From Hormiphora californensis (lineage: Eukaryota; Animalia; Ctenophora): DNA of 64,000 bases. Every line of letters starts with the position of its first letter. The stretch's first letter is position 1. Of this stretch, positions 1-30,949 are shown piece by piece. Location of the stretch: NCBI GenBank assembly GCA_020137815.1, contig CM035350.1, forward strand, positions 4,526,001 to 4,590,000. Direction: 5' to 3'. Under the pieces are notes generated by a model. The model worked only from the letters and a program-made list of their open reading frames with translations, ran no database searches and had not been told where the DNA came from. The translations under genes and the position numbers were made by a program.

Positions 1-17966
<17,966 letters not shown>

Positions 17967-18244
17967 GGGCTATACATTTAGAGGTGAGGTGGTTAGTATA
18001 AAAATTGAGGGGCGGGCTGTGGTTTTATTCGGGCTACAGCCGCTTCACTGGCTGGGTCAGCAGAAGCTGCGCGCGAGGAGTGTTGTAAAAGTCTGTCCGC
18101 GCGCCACGTCTTTGTCTCATTGTGTGTGGGTGAATTGTGGGACAGAGCTTGGCACACTCATCAGTCAGCGTGTAATGAGTAGAGAGGGGATTTATGGGGG
18201 CGGGAAATTAGGGAAGTTTCAAGTTTCAAGATTATAGTACTCAC

Positions 18245-18663
18245 GGTGCTAGGCACGGTTAGATCGACTACATCATGGATCTTGAATTTAGCCGCTGTTC
18301 CGACTCCATCTGTAGTAGCACTAGGAGGTGTAGTAGCACTCGTCAAGTCAACAACTGAAAAACAAGATGAATGTTAGATGAATATATTGGTAACTATGTG
18401 TGATTTATGAAGATAAGGATGTTGAGAAAGAAACAGTGGACATGCTAGTCAGTTATCTGTTGCCTTGCTCTGTTTTAACGGCCCCACACAGGAAACATAT
18501 GCAATGAGGGTACATAACAAGGTTTCTGTTGCTCACCAGGGGTCAGCCGAACTACAAGTTTGTTAAAATATATAAAAACCAATTACCCCACTGAAAACTA
18601 TTGGTTTGTACCTTCAGGACTGGTTGTTTTTCTCCGTTTCCGGTTCAGCTCATCGTCAGACAT
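18245..18663 (-). CDS. Two short coding exons (18612-18663, 18245-18354) encoding an NLS-like RKRRK and two VVDLT SUMO-interacting-like motifs; in frame with HEATR5 exon starting 17969
   Basis: MSDDELNRKRRKTTSPE|VVDLTSATTPPSATTDGVGTAAKFKIHDVVDLTVPST with canonical GT/AG boundaries and consistent phases (1, then 0). Confidence 0.65.
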
Positions 18664-18959
18664 CGCTATTAGGGAGACAAGCTGAGTACGGTGCTAAATC
18701 CCTCTTATCGCGCGAGAAAAGTGGGAGTATTTCACGATCTACATCTTTTACAATGTTGCCAAATAAAATATAATCCTGTATAAAAATAATTCTAACAAGA
18801 ATTTACAAAATGAGGGGAGAGCACTCCCGTCTCCCGTAAATAATCCTTTCATAAAATTTAGTTAGATACACAAAGTTTCAGCTCAGCAAAAGCTAACACT
18901 CAGAAGACAAATCGTCAGCGTTTTAATATGTACAGTCAAATCACAATTAAAAGCAGAAT

Positions 18960-19392
18960 AACTTCATGAATCGCTCATCTCTCTAAAAACACTTGGATCA
19001 TTTCTCCAATCGAAAAGGGAGTTACTATGCTCCACACGATAACCGCGAACAGGTGGCTGATCAGGGATAGTGGATAAGTAGGATCCAAGGGACTGCTTCA
19101 ACTCGAGAAGTGAGATAGATCCTCTCACGGCACGGGGCAAGGAGTTCCAAATATGAGCTCCTCTTACACCGAACAATGCATCATAAGGGCCTGAGGGCTG
19201 AGATAGTTTTTGCTACGATGTAATTGTATCGGTGAATCACTGCCCTAATACCAAGGCGATGGTGCTCATTGAACAAGAGCCCAGTACTGTTAGGTGCAAC
19301 CTTATGGAGAACCTTCCAGACATGGATAATCATGTATCGCTCACGTCGTCGTTGAAGTTGACAGTAATTTAAGATGCATTAACCTGTCCCCC
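18960..19392 (-). mobile_element. CR1-type LINE 3' fragment
   Basis: LQRRRERYMIIHVWK…FGVRGAHIWNSLP…IPDQPPVRGY, the C-terminal ORF2 signature shared with the copies at 26.5 kb and 53.8 kb. Confidence 0.8.
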
Positions 19393-19776
19393 AGTAGCCC
19401 AGAGCAGAGCAGCTTTAAAGGTAAAATACAAACAAGATCGAAAGGTAGCTACACAAACGTTGATCGAGATGTGTACCAAAGGAACGACCTAGGAAGGCAT
19501 TCGCCATTTAAAAAGAACACCACCGGGTGACACGTCCTGTGCAATGATGGAGGCCTTCAGACTTTAGTCAGTTTGTGAGAAGAGAAGATGTGATCGGGTA
19601 GTGGGTGATATCTCAATTGTAACATAATTAATTCAGATGATCACATGATTTGCCATCAGAAACTGTAATTAATTAGAAACACTGTTCATAAATTAGTCAT
19701 TAAATCAATATTCTCTAGTGATTTAGCAATATTTTATCTGATTTTGTCCATTAAAAGTAGTTTATATTTCACTGTA

Positions 19777-21180
19777 CTAAGCCATCCCCGTAGATGCTGT
19801 GTGATTGTGCAGATAGATGAAATCCTCTAGAATGTTTTTGGAAATGGCTGCGTAAACACCCGGATACCCAGGCTGTGCACACCTGTAGAAAGAGGACGCG
19901 TTAAAATTAAATCAATGCTAGGTAACTTTAATAATAATACAGTCGGACCCCGATTTACCGGGATGCTCGGGGGAAAGGGTTTTGCCCGGCGCGGTAAATC
20001 GGGGTGCCCGGTATATCGGGGTCAAATACTGTTCAAATCCTATATTCGGGGAAGTTTATCCTCCCGGTAAATCGGGGTTCCGGTAAATCGGGGCCCGGTA
20101 TATCGGGGTCCGACTGTATCATTATGTATTATGTAACTTTTACATAATGCCCTGCAAATAGCAACTCTATCATAACTCACGAATAGCCCCAGCTAACGAC
20201 TCCAACAAGAGTGGCTGCACCGCTCCCGGGTATGATGTAGGTCAGGGGACCTCCACTATCACCCTGACAAGAATCTTTTCCACCTTCCCTGCGGGCAAAT
20301 GACAAAAATGTTGCTAAACAGAAAACTGTGATCCCAAAATAATAAATTACCACCTCATAATAATGGCATAAATCATCACGACAGGAGTTAACAGTTATTA
20401 TTAAATGCAGGGTTACAGTGAAACTCGGTGTATCAGAACTTTGATCTTCAGATAACACAACACTGCACAAACAGCTTACCCGGCACACACCATCGTATTT
20501 TCAACAATGGATAAAGTGATGTCCCTTGGGAAGCTGCCAAAGTTCCCACCATAAGAATCATAACAGCCAGTTGCTGAAACCACGGGGACATCGACCTTGA
20601 TATAGGGGAATAGATTGTTATACTGCCGCTCTAGTCGCAGAGACCGGGTTATATGTTCTAACTCTACTTTACATCTGCAAAGAGTGCACGGAAAGAGGGT
20701 CGAGCGAGGCAAGGAATAGAACATATAATATGTGATATCATGGTGTATCGACATGAGCTGCACTACAGCTGTCTACTGGAATTTGAAATGGAGTACTTAA
20801 AAACTAACTTCTTGCATGATGGAAGGGGAAGAACCTCCTGGGGATAAAGTGCCCCAACCGCTAACAGTAAATGTAGCGTGGGCTTGAGGTATGGTGAAGT
20901 CTGGAGAGGGCAAGCAGACAGGTCCAACTTGACTGTCAGTATCATCATCTAGAGAGAGAGAGAGAGCATTATGAAACATAATTATGAAACATAATGTAGT
21001 TATTCTTATTCAACAGGATGGATAGGATCCAATTCGGAGGTGGGAGGATTCAGTAAGATTGAGGGGAGTCATTATAGGTATGAGAGGATTGCACATGAGT
21101 TGCAGGAAGCGATACCCCGATCGGAAGAGCAGTATAGCCGGCGAACTACACAGAAGTAACAGAAGAAGTAAGTAAGTAAG

Positions 21181-21247
<67 letters not shown>

Positions 21248-24200
21248 CATATCATACCTTAGCCCGCGTAGCGGGCAAGCCCCGTAGGGGCTTATGTGAG
21301 GGGATCGCCCTACGGGCGTGCGAACATGAGGGGCGCGACGTGCCCAAATCATACCTGCCCATAGTGCAGTTGAAACTTTCAAGATAGCGACATCGTTGAT
21401 CCCAACCGGGTCGGTAAGATACCCGTTGTAAACGTGAACCTGGAGGATAGGGAGATTCCTGTTAAGTTACTAAAAAACTAATAAAAAAGTAACTTCATAA
21501 CATATCTCTAATTTCTCTCCACAGTTCAACACATTATATTTTTATACGTTCTGCATAAATCAATTAAAGAACAACATACCTCGGTAACATCCCATGTCTT
21601 TCTATCACCACTTTGAAAATCAACCACATTTCCCATAACTTTTATACTGCTGGCACTGCGTTTTATACATTGTTTCATTGTTCCTGCCAAGATATTATGG
21701 GGTTTAGGGCGGGGTGGGGGGGTGGGGGGGGTTGATGATCAAAAGGGGGAGTAGATCTGGTTAATTAAGATGGGCCACAACACAGATATCCGGGGGGGGG
21801 GGGGGGCTATCATACCTGGATGGAAGAAGTTCAGCAAGTAACTTGCCACACTGCTGCTAGTCCCCATATAGTCAGCATAGTACCCTACAGCATTAGCATA
21901 AGTATCCGCACCGTAGCAAGGACTGAAATAAGTATCGACTTGACACTACATGTACATTCAGACACGGGGTGACCACACGTATGCAGTTGTTTGCTAAGGG
22001 TGCTTCTATCACAACCATTCTAACTCGAAGGAAAATACTCACGCGTTTGTAACACAGTGTGCTGCAGTAACGACTGTGTACTTATCAATGACAGACCCGC
22101 CACAGAAAGGGCGTGTCGAGAATGTTGAGCTAGCAAGACCCACCTGCCATGGAATCATGCCTGCCTCCACATCAACCCCTCCTACTATCCGCCCTACAGG
22201 AGAGTAGACATATGTTGGTTACGAAGTTACTGCAATGCATACGTTGTGAAGGCTGGTGAGCTCCGTGAGCTCGCACCCATGGGGACACGTGTGCAGAGGG
22301 GTATGACTATGTATGTCATTACCAAGAGTAGTGTATAGTATGTGCAATAGTAATACGATATACAATCACGACATTATAAAAGTACAATTGGTGGCACCGT
22401 CACCTCTCTATAAGAGAGTTGTTTTATCGCTACATACAAGTATAATAGTCTAAAAATTTACCTGCTCCGGCCCCCTTGGGGAGACCACACGACCCCGTGA
22501 CAGGTGGGGGCACTGGGGGGCCTTGTTTGATCGTAGTGGTGGTCATTGAACTAGTGGTTATGGTCGATGATTGGGTTGAGGATTGTGTCGAAGTAGGAGT
22601 CGTAGTAAGAGTCGTAGTAGGAGGGATGGTTGTTGTTGTTATCACTTCTGGCAGCTCGCAGATGTAGGGTCCTTTGTACTTCTGAACCGTTTCCCTGATG
22701 GACCCGGGATCGTGTTATAATTCAAACGTGGAACATTTATATATAGGCGAGGGCCGTTACCAATAAACCAGGATAGTGCGGTATTTTAGGACATGCTAGA
22801 TACTAACTGGATTAGTCCTATAATAAAGCCTAGATTCCGGAAAATCTGGTTTATTGATAACCCCTAATGGTGTGTTCTTGAAAGCGTCTTACCGAAAGAG
22901 GGGGGTCGAAGATTTATACATAGTACATACCTTTTAAATGTGTAATATCATTGTTGTTTATCTATAACTGTTGCACGAGAAACGTGTCATGATACTTACC
23001 AGAATCCATTTTTATTCATGACAGCACTTTTATGTCTGCGAACCGGATTCCTTTTTTTCCATTTCGAATAATTAACTGCATCCCCTGTCTGCCAAATCCA
23101 GTTCTTTCCATTCTTCGCCAATCCTATAATTAATTGCGTGATAAATTCTTGGGAACACTGTTTATTTTGTTTACAATATAATTAATCTATACAGTATATG
23201 CCGATGAGAATTCCAGCGGTCAACTACTATAACTATAACAAGTGACGTACCTATAAGAATTTCTTTAATCTTTAGACTGTTTAAAGTTTTTGTCAACTCA
23301 TCATTCTTGTCCTGATCATATATTTCTATCACTTGAGCTCCATGTTCCTCACAGTTCTTAAAAGCTTTCTTTGCACTCTCGTTTCCAAGATACAGAACGA
23401 GTTGTTCTGTCTGAAATTCTGAAAAAAAAGAATGTTACATTTGAAAGAGTGGGTTTTGTTTTCAAAAATATTCCAAAAACAGCATCTCCCCCGATAGTAC
23501 CTGATGAACCTGACATCTTGATCCACCTTCCTGTAGAGCTACACAGATAGCGCTTGGTACTCCCCCTTTTCTTTGTAGTCACTTCGCCTCCCGGTAAACT
23601 ATTTAAAGGAATTTAAATATAATAAGGAGACCGCGTGTTGAGATCACATCAACTTCGCAAATCTTTGCCGTTTTGTCGCCATTTGACATCATTTGGCAAA
23701 ATCGGCACATAAAGCAACCTGTTAGTTTGCGAAGATACGGCGATTGTTCGCCATCGGTGCTGCATGGGGCCGAATGGCGCCACTTGGCGAATGTGTGATT
23801 TGCCAAACTGCACCATTTAGCGCCACGTGGTGGGTATCCTTATCCAGAATGGCCTAAGATCTTCGCCAACTGACAGGTTGCTTTATGTGTCGATTTCGCG
23901 GGCTGTTCGCCAGAAAGCGCCAAGTGGCAACGATTGGCGCCAAATGGCGACAACTGGCACCAAATGGCGAAGAATGGCACAATTTGGTGAATCGTTCTCC
24001 ATATTGCGCCGCATGGCGATTGTTTTGCTTTGGAAAGCAACCTAAATATATCAACCTCGGTGGAGAGGACACAGAAGGGTAAATTTAGAATTGTTATGTT
24101 ACAGCTACCTGACTGTTTTCTTTCCTTTTCTAGAAAATAGTTGGAGATTATGGTACGATACGGGTTCCCAGTTCAGTGACGTCAATTTACACGCTTTAGT

Positions 24201-25205
24201 CTTTCCTGAAAACAAGAGTTGATGAGCACGCTTAGTTTAATATTAATATTTAATTTAATTTAATATAAAAATAAAAAAACTAAAGAAGTTATTGCACTAT
24301 TATGCCAAAAACTAACAGAAATTAGTTGGCTGGAAAGGTGACCACTTTTGTTGTCAAACTGACACCTTTGCCCTCTCCGGGTTTTAACATCACTATCTTT
24401 CCCTTTCTGATTTCTCTCTCTATCTCTCTCGCTCTCTCGCTCTCTTTCTCTCTCTCCAACTCCCTGATTTACCCCGTCGATGATATCCGTAACCCGGGCC
24501 GGGCAAAGGTGTCAGTTTGACAACAAAAGTGGTCACCTTTCCAGCCAACTAATTTCTGTTAGTTTTTGGCATAATTTGGGTATATTTTTGGTATTTTCCG
24601 ATGTGAAATACGATGTTATACATGTCTGGACGTAGCAGAACGTGTAAAGACCGTCCGGAATAGCTGAAATACGAAAATTTCAATTTTGACGTCATTGTGA
24701 CGTCATAACGTGACGTCACGACGTTATAACGTCAAGATAGGGATGTATTATTATCAGCCTCATCTAGTTAAAGAGGCTGACCAAGTTTGAGATCGATTGG
24801 ACAAGATTTAAGGTCGTTAAGGCGAAAAACGCACATTCGTCATATCTATTTTCATACAGTCTTAACACTTCAGACGCGATTTGAGACCCTTAGAAATGGA
24901 GTTTCACAAATTCGCTATATAGTTTCTGAAAGTTTAGACGATTATCTTTCATAAGTGAGGTCTCCGTTTTTCAATCAGAAGCCGTCTTCAGGGTGTAAAC
25001 TGAGCTCAAAGAAATTTGGTTGATTTGAAAAAACTCTTATCTTTATGACAGTTTGTTAAGACGTTCTGGTTGGACCTAGAACATGAAAACTATTCGACTA
25101 CACAATTCAAACGATTATCTTTCGAATGCAACAAACGAGAAGTGTCTATCTTATGTCGTTTTCTCTCAAAAATGATTATAAATTTGGTAAAAACAGCGTC
25201 TATCC

Positions 25206-25242
<37 letters not shown>

Positions 25243-25649
25243 CCCGGGACATTTATTGCTTTTGGCACGATGCTGTATCTCTAAAACTAAAAGATATAGA
25301 GACTTGCCCTTTTGAACTACAGTAGATCTAGACTATGTGACACTGTATACCAAATTTCAGACTGATCGGTGCAGTGGGGGCCTCGCTATGGGCGTCGCAA
25401 AATGCCATTTTTGGCTAAAAACTGAAAAAACTTATTACTGCATTCTGGCACGCGCGGCTGGGGGGGGGGGAGATGGTCACCTTTGCGCTTGCCAGCGCAG
25501 TGATGACAGGTATTAAACTTACCCTTCTTTTCATTCGACGCAGAAGACTTCTTATCTCCATGACCATGTTGCTTCTTCTTATTCTTGGCTTCATTTACTG
25601 TTACAAATATAGTCAATACCAACGCGAGGAGCAAAATAAATCGACGCAT
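19777..25649 (-). CDS. Secreted trypsin-family (S1A) serine protease with N-terminal C-type-lectin-like domain and Thr-rich linker, ~14 exons
   Basis: Signal peptide [21 protein letters not shown] (exon 25523-25649). CTL-like [24 protein letters not shown]…PYICE, then a Thr-rich stretch. Activation site R|IVGG and TAAHC (22043-22195), NDVAIL (~21385), GDSGGPL (~20255), GYPGVY; stop at 19777-19779. Confidence 0.9.
19940..20116. mobile_element. Tc1/mariner-pogo-like MITE with TA target duplication
   Basis: TA|CAGTCGGACCCCGATTTACCGGG … CCCGGTATATCGGGGTCCGACTG|TA, with internal CCGGTAAATCGGGG repeats. Confidence 0.88.
21163..21247. repeat. (AAGT)n microsatellite; the window also has many (GA)n/(CT)n tracts, (TTTG)n at 16050-16157 and (GATA)n at 25206-25240
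   Basis: Directly visible. Confidence 0.95.
23650..24030. repeat. Degenerate palindromic (MITE-like) insert rich in TGGCG/CGCCA motifs
   Basis: 23702-23737 is roughly the reverse complement of 23859-23894; termini not resolved. Confidence 0.5.
24300..24574. repeat. ~74-bp perfect inverted repeat (hairpin) in a protease intron
   Basis: 24300-24373 (TTATGCCAAAAACTAACAG…CACCTTTGCCC) is the reverse complement of 24501-24574. Confidence 0.85.
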
Positions 25650-26099
25650 GTCAAATGTTAATACTGATTAAAGCAGAGTGGTACGAACAACCTTTTTTTG
25701 TTTTGTCTAGGACTACGATTAACTTATGACCTGCGTCATCTTTAACAACAAGTCAAGAGTTTAAAATTTGCCATACTCTAGAAGCCCCAATCCGTAGTTA
25801 TCCACAGTGTAGGATAAGATAGAACTTTCAATTCAAACTCCCATGACAATCCGTAAAAAGATTTACAGGACGTGGGAAACTACCAGGCCCATGAGCAAAG
25901 CACCGGGCCCCGCGTTATCTAATCTTGTAATCTTGTAAAGGGGCAACCGTCTGACTTGGCGAATTCGCGCCTCGCAATTCGTAAAAAAGTTAAAAGGCCT
26001 TTATATCAATTATCAACGGGAGACAGGACTGTTTTGGCAGATGACAGTACGGGATAAGGCAGCGCTTTTCAAAGGACTGTCATGAGAGTCTATTTCGAT

Positions 26100-26910
26100 A
26101 CAGAGTTTGTTACCGATCGAATGCAAACTGTTATGGTCGACGGTATCCCTTCCTCTTTCGCTCAAGTAATTAGTGGCGTACCCCAAGGGACAGTTCTAGG
26201 CCCAATCCTATTTCTCATATATGTAATCGACCTAGATTCTGTGGTCAAACACGGCTCATCCTTGTCGTTTGCAGACGATACCAAAATCTTCTCTGCTATA
26301 CGAACGTTACTGGATAAGGTCCACCTTCAAGATGACCTCGACAGAATCATTTCTTGGGGCTTGGGCAGACATCAACAATATGTCGCTCCACCAAGCAAAG
26401 TTTGAAGTGATGAACTATACTCTCAGGGAAATGCCCTTCAGTGTATAGAACTATACATATATTCTTTCAGGCGGTAGAGCTATTATCCCTTCCCGTACCG
26501 TTCGAGACTTCGATCCCTGTGCCTACTGCAACTGTCACTACAAAGACGTCGTGAGAAATACACTTTGATCATGGTCTGGAAAATATTTAATGGCAAATCA
26601 CCAAACACCACCAACATGGGCTTTGTGGAGAGCCCCCGTTCTGGACCAAGAGCAATCGTTCCCAGATACTCTTATGAAGCTCAACGATCAAATCTCACCA
26701 TGTTTGAGGGTTCTTTTGCAGTTAAGGGCCCCCAACTGTGGAACACTCTACCACGACATGTTAAGGAGGCACCGACACTTTCCCATTTTAAATCACGCCT
26801 GGGTGTCTACCTTTGTTTCATCCCTGATACTCCACCTATTATCGGGTTTCCATCTCAATCGAACAACAACTCTATCCTGCAGTGGCGTCCTGATCATTTC
26901 CAATCTTGAT
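26100..26910 (+). mobile_element. Degenerate, internally deleted CR1-type LINE fragment
   Basis: GVPQGTVLGPILFLIYV and FADDTK, followed by C-terminal LQRRREKY…GPQLWNTLP…IPDTPP, with frameshifts. Confidence 0.85.
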
Positions 26911-29149
26911 TAAAAACAATGCAACAAATTAATTTATTTTAACCTTTATGTACTGATTACACTTATTGTTATATTCCGTATTAATGGGCCCGGTCAACCC
27001 GGTTTTTCAAAATCTTGATGAATGTTGTTTGTTGCTGAGCTGGTGTGTTATTAATGACTAATGAGGAGGTTAATTTTTTTAAATATCCTGTGTATTTACG
27101 AAAAATCATTTGAATTGAAATTTAATTGTTTCGGGGAATATTATTGTCCATACAAGGCATAGTTTTAGCAGTAAGCCAGGGCCCTGGGGGCAAAGACAGG
27201 AGCGTAGCAGGGTCCCTACTGCAGGAACGGAGTCCCTACATCGTGTCCCTGTGCTTCCGGGGCCAGGGACGGCAGCAAAGGTCAGGGGGAGTGAGGGTGT
27301 AGGGGTGGGGTGTATGGGTCATGCGACAGGGGGGGGCCCGGCCCAGGGGCTGCAAGCCCCGGTGGGGTCGAGGGCGTGAAGTCCCCCGGAATTGGCAAAT
27401 GCTACTGACCCTATTGGATAAGGCAGCGCTTTTCAAAGAGTTGGCAAACGCTGCTGGCCCCCGATAAGGCAGTGCTTTTCAATTCAAAGTGGTGAAAGTG
27501 GAAAAAGTGGAAAATTCCAACACAAAAGTTTGGCCTATGCTACAGGCCCTAAAGAAGAAGCCGTGGAAAACGCGCGCACTTGGGGTCTGCAGCGCATGCC
27601 AACACAAAAGTCCGAAACACGAAGCGAACAATAAAATATCGCTGAAGTACGATACTGAAACACGTTTAAAATGTAATGCGCCAATATTTATTTTATGTGC
27701 AACGCATTTACTCCCATGCGCACGATGCGCGCACTTGAAATTCGTGTGAATCGTGAAGTTGTTGTAGTGGAGAGCGCAGCTCCAGACCGCGCAATTCCAA
27801 GCCGCGCATTTTGTTCTTGTTTGCGCGCGCTCTGCCACTTGTTCGTCCGTACTCGAGCCAAACCGAAAATTTTTCATTTCCACTTCGGTGGATTCTGGGA
27901 GGTCCGATCCGGACGCTCTCTTCGATTTCGATGTTCTTTCTTTGTATTCTGTTTTATTTGTGCCGTTCTTGATTCCAAAGTTATAAATTCATCTTTACCC
28001 AAAATTTAGCTACTTTTTTATGTTTTTCGTTGAGAGAAATTTTTGAAAAAGCTTGAGCAGCCTTGAGCCTTGACCAAATGCCTGGATAAACAATTTGTCA
28101 CTGTTAACTACGTTTTTGCTAGTTGTGTTGTACACCTTTTTTAAGGTGTAATAGCTCTCACACGCACCGCCGAACTGTTCAAAAAGTCCTTCTATGGCCC
28201 TTATTGAGCCAATCTATCAGAGAAGCTTTAGATTTGTACCTCTTGTTCCCCGATCCCAGGGATGTCGCGGCCTGCTCTAGCGTGTCGTCAGAAAAACGTT
28301 TCAGTTTTTAACGTTAGTGTTGTGGAGAACAGTAGGGCTGTAGGCATCGATCAGTCTCTTTACCTTAGCGTTAGCAGTGTCGTCATCACGCAGCTCCTTG
28401 AGTCTACATTTCTGCTTCTCCACTTGATCAAAATCGTCAACCATTTTGGCTCAAATTAATTTGTTTAAAGTAGTGTTGAAAAGTTTGAAACTTTTTGAAA
28501 TTTGGATTTTTTTAGTATAATCAAAACTTGTGTTTCAATTTCATTTTTGAAATGTTAGAGCACTGGCAAACCTGTACCTCCTCCGCATTTATCACTTACC
28601 TGTCGTTCAATTTAACGAATTGGGCTAGTGTGCTATACATTTCGATATCTCTCGAAATCTTTTGCGAGTGGAGATTTTCGTCATAAAATAATTTGAGTGT
28701 ATTCTTTTTTCAATATAATTAATTGAAGCTTCTAAAGTAAACAACACCCACTGCACCATTGTTTGAAAAATACAGTTGCCTGAAAACCACCACCTCTGAT
28801 ACATATAGAATCAAAACCCAGACATGACAATGATCCATCAGAACCATTTTTCATAAACCAAGTGAGTTGTCTTGGAGATTCTCGATCGCAGGATATTCTA
28901 GTAACAACTGTTTTTACATCTTTCTACACCAATGTCGCAACATTATCCTCTACAATATATAACTATCTTTGCGCTACCCAGGTGCCAACTGATATATATG
29001 ATAAACACAGGAATAAAGACCAAGCTTCTACAACGTCCATGGCTGGGCAGGATTGCTATAGAACGTGGACTACAGTGAACACTCACACAACCAATACTAA
29101 GCTAGAGGTGAATTATCGCAGTAATACTACAGTAATAGTAATTTACTAA

Positions 29150-29560
29150 TTTCCCTTCCCTTGGCCTTCTCTTCCCTTGGCCTTCCCTTCCCTTGGCCTT
29201 CCCTTCCCTTGGCCTTCCCTTGGCCTTCCCTTGGCCTTCCCTTGGCCTTCCCTTGGCCTTCCCTTCCCTTCCCTTCCCTTCCCTTCCCTTCCCTTCCCTT
29301 CCCTTCCCTTCCCTTCCCTTCCCTTCCCTTCCCTTCCCTTCCCTTCCCTTCCCTTCCCTTCCCTTCCCTTCCCTTCCCTTCCCTTCCCTTCCCTTCCCTT
29401 CCCTTCCCTTCCCTTCCCTTCCCTTCCCTTCCCTTCCCTTCCCTTCCCTTCCCTTCCCTTCCCTTCCCTTCCCTTCCCTTCCCTTCCCTTCCCTTCCCTT
29501 CCCTTCCCTTCCCTTCCCTTCACTTCCCTTCCCTTCCCTTCCCTTCCCTTCCCTTCCCTT
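29150..29560. repeat. (CCCTT)n / (CCCTTGGCCTT)n simple repeat
   Basis: Pure pentamer run ~29260-29560 with an 11-mer variant at the left end. Confidence 0.97.
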
Positions 29561-30094
29561 TTCCTTTCTCTTTTCCTTTCCTTTCTCTTTTCCTTTCATT
29601 TCAAAACTCTGCCTATACGTAACTCCCCATCCTTCTCCCTGATGCAGGTTCAGTTGATTGGAAATGGGGGTAGGGCACTCAGACTACCCACACGAGTTAG
29701 GTAGCTCATTATTGATCCCACTAAACAGATGATATAGGAGATGTTGTTACCTTTACTGTTGACCATAACAACACCGAGTGTTCCACTGGAGGAGTTCTTA
29801 TACAGGGTAACTTATCAGGATTGACTGTCAAGGCTTTTTAATCGTCAAAGCTCTGTTATACCAAAATCATGTTTTACACGTTTTCCCTCCCCCTCAGGAC
29901 TTCACACTGCGCTATCAGAACGGACCAGTAATAATCGAGAGTTACTACTACACCCCTAACCATGTGGCTGCTGGTTGATCCAAGTTCGTTGGGGATAGAT
30001 GAGATCTGGTTGATATAGGTGACTGTGTGGGGCTGTGGCTAGTGTTACTGTCAGTTATGTCAGGGTGGTCCTGTTGAGAAAAAAACCACGCCCC

Positions 30095-30153
<59 letters not shown>

Positions 30154-30949
30154 TGGCGGACGACGAGAGAGATATAGAGAGAGGAGAGCTAGGAGAGGGC
30201 CTAGCCAGTCGAGAGCTAGAGATATAGATAGATAGTCGAGCTAGAGAGAGTATTCCGAGAGATACAGGCAGAGAGATCGCCGATCTAGATCGAGACAGGA
30301 GCGAGAGAGAGATAGAGCGAGCGAGAGAGAGATAAGGAGCGGTGAGCAGGAGAGACAGAGCAGAGAGCGGAGCGAGATATGAGAGAGAGCGAGATGAGAG
30401 AGGCAGAAGAGATATTAAAGAGAGGAGAAGAGAGAGAGGTGGAGTTGTCCACCTGCCACCACCTCCCTCTTTCGGTTTCCCTCCTCCTCCCCCGGTCAAC
30501 AGGGTCACCGGATGTCCCTTTTCCCCCACTCCCCATTTCCCTTGTTCGACTCCAAGGTCCGTGTGGCCGTTGCTAGCGTGGCTGTTATCAATAAATACGG
30601 AAAAAATTCATGAACTAGCAAACTCAAAAAAAATCTCTCTGCTAGCGGCCCCACAAGTTGGATAATCAACCAACCTATTACGTTCCGACACTACGTTCCT
30701 AACCCGCCTTCCCCTGGCTTTAGGTTTCCCGTGAACAGGCACCTTCCTTCCACCTGTTGGACCTCCAGCCCCTTTATCTAACGGACCCCGCCCGTGCCGT
30801 TGCTTGCCTGGTGCTGGTCTGCTGGCCACCCTGGACCTTTCGACGTGGGATCGCCGCTACGGACGGGGGTTTTTGGTTCGAGGTGGATTGTGTTTTTTTT
30901 TTTTTTCTTTTTGACCGGTTGTGGCTGGCTCCCCCTCTCCTGGGCGTGG

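Noticed and set aside
26052-27438. 23-bp direct repeat as the TSD of the CR1 fragment
   Set aside because: The same motif occurs at three other sites and the right copy is ~500 nt beyond the LINE ORF end, so it is treated as a dispersed motif, though a TSD is not fully excluded.
29102-29704. Long ORFs (GKGRE / PFPSL repeats)
   Set aside because: Translations of the (CCCTT)n microsatellite.
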